Origin: Planctomycetales bacterium
GTDB lineage: Bacteria; 4484-113; JAFGCY01
Assembly: GCA_022646745.1 (NCBI GenBank)
Contig: CP060262.1
Span: 3,600,001 to 3,632,000, forward strand
Length of the DNA stretch: 32,000 bases
Direction of reading: 5' to 3'
Of this stretch, positions 19,291 to 25,630 are shown in pieces (the first letter of the stretch is position 1; every line of letters begins with the position of its first letter). A program made the position numbers and the translations under genes. Below the pieces are notes generated by a model that had not been told where the DNA came from, made no database searches, and was given only the letters and a program-made list of their open reading frames with translations.

Positions 19291-22071
19291 ATGCGAACAA
19301 TCTTTGTGATTTCGTGCTTACTATTGCTGCAACTTGTTGCCTGTAGCAAAGTTAATACTCCTGAGTTCTCTGCCAGTCCACAGGTACAGCCGACTGGCAT
19401 TCCCGGTTCCCCTGCTTCACCTGATTCGGGTAGCCCAGATGTCTCACCGCAATTTCCGCTGGATCTCAGTCCAGTAGCTGCCAGAAACTCCATCACTTCC
19501 AATACCGGTCCCGGTACATACCAGGTACTTGGGAAAAGCAGCCACTCGGAGTCATTAACAGGTACGACAATTCATGATGCCGCATTGGCCATTGACAGCT
19601 CGATTGACGGGCTGGCTTACGGCATCTGGCGCATCCAGATGAAAGATTCGCAACCCGGCCTGATCCGACTGGATGTCAATCTCCACCAGAATAATGCCGG
19701 ACTGCCTTCTCAGTTCATGGTTGGCATAGCGGACTATTCCAGTGGTCGCTGGAATCTCCAGGGGCCATTTACTGATGGCCATCTTCTTCTTACAACCGCC
19801 GCAGATGTGCTGGCTGGCAGCGACTATCTCTCTCCTGGCAATGCAATGTTTGTTTCCGTGATCTGCTCCGATGACAATCGGCTGGACATGCTGGCGGTCT
19901 GTGCCGCTGAATTGATTGCCGTTGACCAGAGTCCCCCGACGGCGATCAGCGGAGTCAGCGCTACTGCCATTGCTGGTGGAATGTACCTTGAATGGTCGCC
20001 CAACCTCAATCCGGACCTGGCAGGATACAGGCTGCTTTACTCTGAGGTCAGCTTCGAGGATGCTGAAGATCCCAATGTGCAGATCATGCCCAGCCTGGCG
20101 GGAACAACAAGCTACATTGTCAGGCATTCTTCTCCGGAACTGTATGTACGTGTGCAGGCAGTTGACAGGACTGGCAACCTCGGTCCCCTGAGCGAACAGG
20201 TAATGGTACAGCCCCTCCCTGACGAGCCGACGCAGTTGCTGCTGAATGTCGATGCCCCCAGCGGAAAGTCCGGAACGGTCTTCACACTCCAGACTGGCGG
20301 TGCTGCAGAAATTCTGCTGGATCTTGACTACGACGGATTCTTTGACGACGGCAGCTGGGATGGCAATCCAATCAGCATAGATTCATTTGGAAGGACCGGC
20401 ATCCTGAGGTTTCGGGCACTCGGTGAGAATCCTGGCAATGCCGTTTCCATTGCGGAGGTTTCAGTCTTTGTCGATGGCAACGCCAGTCCAGTAGTCGGGC
20501 TCACCGCCAGCGTTTATGCGGGGGACGCCCCACTGCTTGTGGACTTCACCGCAGACGCACATGATAATGAAGACCCGCTGGAAGAACTTACCTTCAAATG
20601 GGACCTTGACGGGGATCATGTGTACGAACTGGAGACCGAATCACCTGAAGTCATCAGTGAATTGTATGAGTTCCCTGGTGTTTACTATGTTTCCTGCCGT
20701 GTTTTCGATACGGATGGCGCATATGGCTATGACGATTTACCGATACATGTCTACGGTGAAGGACTCGAGGACCAAATGCCGGTTGCAGTTTTGTACACGA
20801 ATCCCACAAATTTTGGGATTGCCCCTTGCGAGGCAAACTTCAACGGCTCATCAAGCAGTGACCCAAATGGAACCATAGAACTCTACGAGTACGACTTCGA
20901 AGGGGATGGCATCTACGACGTGCCCACCACTGAATATGACCTCGTTTTCCATATTTATCAGGATCCAGGAACTTACTATCCCAAGCTTCGAGTCACTGAC
21001 AACGACGGATGGCAGGCCGTGGAGCAGAGACCTTTGGAGATAGCAGATCTGGAAGGCTGGTCAACCTACAAGGTCTACGATGGTGAGCAGTATGAATTTG
21101 ATGCAATCAGGCTGGGGATATCCGGCTCAAGTCCGGTGTTTTGCAATATCTGGGAAGATGCACCATTTGTCCGCTTCATAAACAGCCTGGACCCTGGAGG
21201 CAGTTCATGGAGCGATCCCGTAGTGGTCAGTACTGTCAGTCAAGCTGCTGGCGTTTCCATCATGGCAGTAAATGGCCTACCCGCCTTCTCCTTCGAACTG
21301 GACGGTTTTCTCAATTTCGTGCGTGCTGCTGACAATGCCGGATCCACCTGGTTGACTCCAGTACAGGCAGCTCCAATAATTGGTGCCAGTCACGCTTCAA
21401 TGGCGATCGTGGATGGCAATCCGGCAATCGCATTCCAGTACGGATATGATATCAACTGTGAGCTGCACTATGTGCGTGCCGCGGACGCGTCTGGTGACAG
21501 CTGGAATGATGTCGTCGTCGTTGAGAGTGAGATTCGTCCGGGAGGTGCCCCGCACCTGGCCGTGGTTGCCGGCAATCCCGCCATCTGCCACCATGAGTTC
21601 ACATCTTCGGACCTGCTGTACGTCCGTGCACTTGACAGCGAGGGAACCACCTGGGGCAACAGCATTGTGGTGGCCTCTGCTGGCGATGTCGGATTGCAGA
21701 GCAGCATGGAAATTGTCAATGGAAAGCCAGCTATCAGCTTCTACAAGGCGTACTTTGATCTGATGTATGTACGTGCGCAGGATGAGTTCGGTGCAAGCTG
21801 GGGAAGCCCTGTTCTCTTGTCTGAGGATTACACTAAATCCAGGGAGCCGATGAAGCTGATGCTTGTCGATGGGCGTCCTGCTGTTTCATATCCGGACAGG
21901 ATGCTTGGTGTCATGCAATTCCTTCAGGCCGAGGATATGAACGGCGCCAGCTGGAATGAGCCACTGCCTGTTTCCAATTCTATGGGCTCGCAGATGGTTG
22001 TGCTTTCAGACGGCCGTCCGGCATTCTATGAATATTTTGATAATGACATCCTGCTTACAGTCAGGGACTGA
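19291..22071 (+). CDS. secreted lipoprotein with an FN3-like domain, two PKD domains and a C-terminal ~7-blade Asp-box (BNR) beta-propeller
   Basis: I place the start at the ATG at 19291 (MRTIFVISCLLLLQLVAC|SK, a lipobox). FN3-like segment (...GGMYLEWSPNLNPDLAGYRLLY...). Two PKD-like segments (...VDFTADAHD...FKWDLDGD...YYVSCRVFDTDG... and ...ANFNGSSSSDPNG...YDFEGDG...YYPKLRVTDNDG...). Seven G-x-PA...[YF]VRA-x-D-x-x-G-x-x-W repeats. GC is clearly lower than in neighbouring genes. Confidence 0.8.
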   Translation: MRTIFVISCLLLLQLVACSKVNTPEFSASPQVQPTGIPGSPASPDSGSPDVSPQFPLDLSPVAARNSITSNTGPGTYQVLGKSSHSESLTGTTIHDAALAIDSSIDGLAYGIWRIQMKDSQPGLIRLDVNLHQNNAGLPSQFMVGIADYSSGRWNLQGPFTDGHLLLTTAADVLAGSDYLSPGNAMFVSVICSDDNRLDMLAVCAAELIAVDQSPPTAISGVSATAIAGGMYLEWSPNLNPDLAGYRLLYSEVSFEDAEDPNVQIMPSLAGTTSYIVRHSSPELYVRVQAVDRTGNLGPLSEQVMVQPLPDEPTQLLLNVDAPSGKSGTVFTLQTGGAAEILLDLDYDGFFDDGSWDGNPISIDSFGRTGILRFRALGENPGNAVSIAEVSVFVDGNASPVVGLTASVYAGDAPLLVDFTADAHDNEDPLEELTFKWDLDGDHVYELETESPEVISELYEFPGVYYVSCRVFDTDGAYGYDDLPIHVYGEGLEDQMPVAVLYTNPTNFGIAPCEANFNGSSSSDPNGTIELYEYDFEGDGIYDVPTTEYDLVFHIYQDPGTYYPKLRVTDNDGWQAVEQRPLEIADLEGWSTYKVYDGEQYEFDAIRLGISGSSPVFCNIWEDAPFVRFINSLDPGGSSWSDPVVVSTVSQAAGVSIMAVNGLPAFSFELDGFLNFVRAADNAGSTWLTPVQAAPIIGASHASMAIVDGNPAIAFQYGYDINCELHYVRAADASGDSWNDVVVVESEIRPGGAPHLAVVAGNPAICHHEFTSSDLLYVRALDSEGTTWGNSIVVASAGDVGLQSSMEIVNGKPAISFYKAYFDLMYVRAQDEFGASWGSPVLLSEDYTKSREPMKLMLVDGRPAVSYPDRMLGVMQFLQAEDMNGASWNEPLPVSNSMGSQMVVLSDGRPAFYEYFDNDILLTVRD

Positions 22072-22079
22072 ATGCTGAC

Positions 22080-22105
22080 CTGCGGCACCAGCCAGGGCTG
22101 CAGCT
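22080..22105 (+). repeat. Direct repeat copy 2 (orphan copy of the nrdJ 3' end)
   Basis: CTGCGGCACCAGCCAGGGCTGCAGCT followed by GA. In frame it still spells CGTSQGCS-stop, identical to the NrdJ C-terminus. With the 6 preceding nt the match is ~28/32. Confidence 0.9.
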
Positions 22106-22112
22106 GATTCCA

Positions 22113-22140
22113 GGTTGCCGGTTGCAGGGTTCAGGTTGCT
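22113..22140 (+). repeat. GGTTGC short tandem-repeat tract
   Basis: GGTTGCcGGTTGCagGGTTCaGGTTGC immediately after repeat copy 2. The same repeat unit occurs as (GGTTGCT)n at 26639-26668 inside dnaE2. Confidence 0.75.
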
Positions 22141-22234
22141 GTTTACAGCCAAGGCTGGAAAGCAACTGAATCCAGCTTGATTGAGCATGGAAATGCATGT
22201 TCGCCGACCGGTCGGAATGGAATAGAATTCGCTC

Positions 22235-22645
22235 ATGCCTGTTGCATCACCGAGCCCCGTGCTGTTCATCCTTTATGTCTCCGACCAGCAGCGCAGTTGC
22301 GACTTCTACCGCAAGGCACTTGAGCTTGAGCCTGAGCTGGACGTACCGGGGATGACGGAATTCCGGTTGAATAGCGGTGCGATGCTCGGCCTGATGCCTG
22401 AGGCGGGCATCGCGCGGATCATCGGTGACGATCCGGCCCCCGCCAGTGGCAATGGCATTCCGCGTGCCGAACTGTACCTGTCCGTGGATGACCCCGGAGC
22501 TGCGATCGGGCGTGCAATCGAGGCCGGCGCTGTGATGCTCAGTGTGTTGCAGCCACGTAACTGGGGCGACATTGCAGGATACGTACGCGACCCTGACGGC
22601 CATGTGCTGGCCTTCGCAAGTTGCAGCGTCTCATTGACTCAGTGA
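22235..22645 (+). CDS. VOC (glyoxalase/bleomycin-resistance/dioxygenase) family protein
   Basis: 136 aa. The size and pattern (...VLFILYVSDQQRSCDFYRKALELEP...AELYLSVDDPGAAIGRAIEAGA...GYVRDPDGHVLAF) match single-domain VOC proteins. Confidence 0.75.
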   Translation: MPVASPSPVLFILYVSDQQRSCDFYRKALELEPELDVPGMTEFRLNSGAMLGLMPEAGIARIIGDDPAPASGNGIPRAELYLSVDDPGAAIGRAIEAGAVMLSVLQPRNWGDIAGYVRDPDGHVLAFASCSVSLTQ

Positions 22646-22731
22646 CTCCATGACTCTCCTACCTGCTGGAAACCAGCGCTCTGACTGTTCTTACTGTTCA
22701 ACTCCCTCTGCCCCCTGCGAGCTATTTTTAC

Positions 22732-22772
22732 TACACATTTGTATTTTCCACGTTATACTATACACATGTATG
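22732..22772 (+). promoter_or_regulatory. Putative dinB promoter with two operator-like sites
   Basis: -35-like TACACA (22732-22737), 16-nt spacer, -10-like TATACT (22754-22759). Near-palindromes TACACATTTGTA (22732-22743) and TACACATGTATG (22761-22772). The same layout occurs upstream of dnaE2. Confidence 0.45.
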
Positions 22773-22792
22773 GACAAGCGGAAAGAATCATC

Positions 22793-24178
22793 ATGCTGGC
22801 GGACATGGACTGCTTCTTCGTTGAGGTGGAGCGCCTGCACCGGCCGGAGCTGCGTGGCCAGGCCGTGATCATCGGCGGGCAGCCGCACCGGCGCGGCGTG
22901 GTCTCCGCCTGCAGCTATGAGGCACGGCGCTTCGGGGTGCACAGCGCGATGCCGATGGGCGAGGCCTACCGCCGGCTGGGGCTGGACCCCTCCCATCCGC
23001 TGGCCGAGGGGCAGACCATCGAGCGCCGCGGCGTGACGGTCAACTTCCTGCACAGCGGGCTGCATGGCAACTATGGGCTGTACAGCCGCCGCGTGCAGGA
23101 CGTGGTCTCGTCGCTTGTGCCGGTGTTCCGGCCGAAGAGCGTGGACGAGTTCGAGATGGACATCACCGGCTGCGAGACCATCTTCCGGCGCGACTACGGC
23201 GGGATCGTCGAATTCGCCGAGGAGCTGCGCCGCCGGGTGAGAAGCGAGGTCGGCCTGCCGATGTCAATCGGGATCGGCCCCGGGCGGCTCGTCGCCAAGA
23301 TGGCCAGCCGCCACGCCAAGCCCGACGGGGTGTTCCGTGTGCTGCCGCAGGAGGCCGTGTCCTTCCTCGCCCCGCATGATGTGCAGGACGTGCCGGGGAT
23401 CGGCCCGGCCACGGCGGGCACACTGCGCGACATGGGGATCAACCGCGTCGGCCAGCTGCTCCAGCAGGACCAGGCGCTGCTGCGCCAGACCTTCGGGATC
23501 GGGATGTGGAGCCTCGTCAATACGCTGAAGCACGGCGAGGACCGCGCGGTGCCGCCGCCCAACACCGGCGGCGGGATGAGCGAGCATGGCTCGATGGGGC
23601 TGCTGATGCGCGAGGACGGGCATGAGTCGCCGGCGATCGGCTTCGGCCCGGCGCGCGGCAAGCCGAAGAGCATTGGGCATTCGGTGACGCTGGAGCGCGA
23701 CACGCTGGATACGGCGCTGATCAGGCGCACGCTGTGGCGCCTGACGGAGGATGCCTGCCGGCGGCTGCGGGAGAAGGACCTGGCGGCCGGGCATGTTACT
23801 GTCACGATCCGCTACAGCGACTTCCAGACCATCAGCCACGGCGTGATGCTGAATGAACCGACGGACCTCGACCGCGTGGTCTATGAGACGGCGCTGCGAC
23901 TGTTTGACGAGGCGCGCACGCGCCGCCTGCGCATCCGCCTGCTGGGGGTGCGCCTCGAGAAGCTCAAGCCCGGCCTGAGCCAGCTCAGCCTGTTCGAACC
24001 GAAGAGCGTGACGCGTGAGCGCCAACTGACGCATACGCTGGATGCCCTGCGCGAGAAGCACGGCCGCGACGTGGTGCTGCTCGGCCCGGGGGTGAACCAG
24101 ATCGGCAGCGAGCGCATCAGCACGGATAGCCAGGCCGGCGTGTCAGTGAGCATGAGCCCGCAGCGGAGTGCGGTGTAG
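22793..24178 (+). CDS. dinB: DNA polymerase IV (Y-family translesion polymerase)
   Basis: I place the start at Met 19 of the ORF (MLADMDCFFVEVE..., the canonical catalytic DMDxFF motif), with GGAAAGAA upstream. Also SACSYEARRFGV, SIGIGPGRLVAKMAS, VQDVPGIGPATAGTL. 461 aa, longer than typical because of a linker insertion. Confidence 0.9.
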   Translation: MLADMDCFFVEVERLHRPELRGQAVIIGGQPHRRGVVSACSYEARRFGVHSAMPMGEAYRRLGLDPSHPLAEGQTIERRGVTVNFLHSGLHGNYGLYSRRVQDVVSSLVPVFRPKSVDEFEMDITGCETIFRRDYGGIVEFAEELRRRVRSEVGLPMSIGIGPGRLVAKMASRHAKPDGVFRVLPQEAVSFLAPHDVQDVPGIGPATAGTLRDMGINRVGQLLQQDQALLRQTFGIGMWSLVNTLKHGEDRAVPPPNTGGGMSEHGSMGLLMREDGHESPAIGFGPARGKPKSIGHSVTLERDTLDTALIRRTLWRLTEDACRRLREKDLAAGHVTVTIRYSDFQTISHGVMLNEPTDLDRVVYETALRLFDEARTRRLRIRLLGVRLEKLKPGLSQLSLFEPKSVTRERQLTHTLDALREKHGRDVVLLGPGVNQIGSERISTDSQAGVSVSMSPQRSAV

Positions 24179-24190
24179 GGGCGGGGCACT

Positions 24191-24308
24191 GGAGGTCATT
24201 CCCATGGAATGACAGGTTTGCAAGCCCATGGCTTGCAGCAGGCCAGATGTGAAGGGAATGTGCCAATCCATGGCACTGGCCTCCTGCCAGACCGTGGGTC
24301 TGGCCTCC
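24191..24308 (+). repeat. 118-bp nested-palindrome (MITE/REP-like) element, copy 1
   Basis: Four 19-nt hairpins (8-bp stem, 3-nt loop): GTCATTCC-CAT-GGAATGAC (24195-24213), TGCAAGCC-CAT-GGCTTGCA (24219-24237), a degenerate GCCAATCC-ATG-GCACTGGC (24262-24280), and GCCAGACC-GTG-GGTCTGGC (24286-24304). The ends GGAGGTCA... and ...GGCCTCC are inverted. Confidence 0.8.
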
Positions 24309-24333
24309 CCCCTCCCCCGGTTACAATCCATCC

Positions 24334-25416
24334 ATGAACATCCCAAACGGCATCTGCATCGCGGCGCTCTGCTGCCTGCTTGGTTGCGGCGGTGGCTCCA
24401 GCCCCGATCCCGGCAGCAATGGAAATGGCAACGGTAACGGTAATGGCAATGGAAACCAGCCGCCCGCCGGGACGCAGGTCAGCAACAGCCGCCTGCGCAG
24501 TGTGACGGACTGGGTCTACTGGATCCAGGATCCGGATCTCACGGCGCTCGCCGCCGGCGACAGCCAGCTCGTGGTTATTGACTATTCCCAGGACGGCACG
24601 CAGGACACGGCCTTCAGCCCAGCGCAGATCAGCGCGCTCCAGGCCGGCGGGCGGCTCGTGGTCTGCTATCTGAGCATCGGCGAGGCCGAGGACTACCGCT
24701 TCTACTGGGGCCAGCAGGACGGCAGCACGGGGGCGGACTGGGGCAGTGACCCGCCCGCCTGGCTGGGGCCGACCAACCCGGACTGGGCCGGCAACTACAA
24801 GGTGCGCTACTGGGACCCCGGGTGGCAGCAGCTGATCATTGCCAATCCCGGCGGGCATCCCGTGCTGGGGGACGCCCCAAGCTACCTCGACCGGATCATC
24901 GATGCCGGCTTCGACGGGGTCTTCCTCGACATCGTGGACGGCTTCGAGTACTGGGGTCCGGCGGAGGACGGCGGCATTGGACAGCGTGCGCAGGCTGCCT
25001 CTGACATGGCGGACTTCCTCGCGGCGCTGGCAGCGCATGCCCGCAGCCGGGACGCAGACTTCATCATCTGCCAGCAGAACGGCGAGGCCCTGATCAGCGA
25101 TGAGCTGGCCCAGCCACTGGACAGCTCACGGCGCCAGGCTGTGCTTTCGGCGGTGGACTGGCTCAGCGTGGAGGACGTGTTCTACCAGGGCGAGCTGGAT
25201 GCCAACAATCCGCTGGATCCTGACAACTACCGCATCGGCCTGATCGATGCCTACCGCAACGCGGGTGAGTTCGTGAGCATCATCGACTACTTCGATGCCG
25301 CTGAACCTGGCTACAGTGCGGCAGCCGAGGCGGACTTCCTGAACCGCAGCAAGGCCCGCGGCTGGCTGCCCTATGCGGGAGTACGGGCGCTTGACCGCCT
25401 GGGCAGCGGCGGCTGA
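24334..25416 (+). CDS. GH114-like (TM1410/endo-alpha-1,4-polygalactosaminidase-type TIM-barrel) putative glycoside hydrolase lipoprotein
   Basis: 360 aa. Lipobox MNIPNGICIAALCCLLGC|GG followed by a (GN)n linker. The motifs ...VVCYLSIGEAEDYRFYW..., ...YKVRYWDPGWQ..., ...GFDGVFLDIVD... fit my recollection of the GH114/TM1410 family. Confidence 0.7.
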   Translation: MNIPNGICIAALCCLLGCGGGSSPDPGSNGNGNGNGNGNGNQPPAGTQVSNSRLRSVTDWVYWIQDPDLTALAAGDSQLVVIDYSQDGTQDTAFSPAQISALQAGGRLVVCYLSIGEAEDYRFYWGQQDGSTGADWGSDPPAWLGPTNPDWAGNYKVRYWDPGWQQLIIANPGGHPVLGDAPSYLDRIIDAGFDGVFLDIVDGFEYWGPAEDGGIGQRAQAASDMADFLAALAAHARSRDADFIICQQNGEALISDELAQPLDSSRRQAVLSAVDWLSVEDVFYQGELDANNPLDPDNYRIGLIDAYRNAGEFVSIIDYFDAAEPGYSAAAEADFLNRSKARGWLPYAGVRALDRLGSGG

Positions 25417-25426
25417 GGGGAGGCCC

Positions 25427-25544
25427 GGAGGTCATTCCCATGGAATGACAGGCCTGCAAGCCCATGGCTTGCACTTTGAAGTGATTCTGTCCGCGTTGCC
25501 AATCCATGGGATTGGCCTCCTGTCAGGCCATGGGCCTGACCTCC
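25427..25544 (+). repeat. 118-bp nested-palindrome (MITE/REP-like) element, copy 2
   Basis: Same four-hairpin layout: GTCATTCC-CAT-GGAATGAC, TGCAAGCC-CAT-GGCTTGCA, GCCAATCC-ATG-GGATTGGC, GTCAGGCC-ATG-GGCCTGAC. The 26-nt terminal inverted repeats GGAGGTCATTCCCATGGAATGACAGG and CCTGTCAGGCCATGGGCCTGACCTCC match at 22/26 when one is reverse-complemented. Confidence 0.85.
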
Positions 25545-25630
25545 CGCATACCACGTCATTCAGCGCGACCCGGATGCGCTGATGCGCAGCTGCAGCGCTA
25601 GACCGCCGAGTGCTTGCATGAGGCGGCGAA

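Noticed and set aside
22072-22107. Mini-[14 protein letters not shown] as a real small gene
   Set aside because: It is simply the orphan duplicate of the nrdJ 3' end, with a fortuitous ATG overlapping the lipoprotein gene's stop codon. It has no RBS and I have no independent evidence of coding.
22684-22699. Direct repeat ACTGTTC-TT-ACTGTTC upstream of dinB as an alphaproteobacterial-type LexA box
   Set aside because: The GTTC spacing is N5, not the N7 of the described GTTC-N7-GTTC box. The site lies ~95 nt upstream of the start and has no counterpart upstream of dnaE2. The TACACA palindrome layout is the better-supported shared signal.
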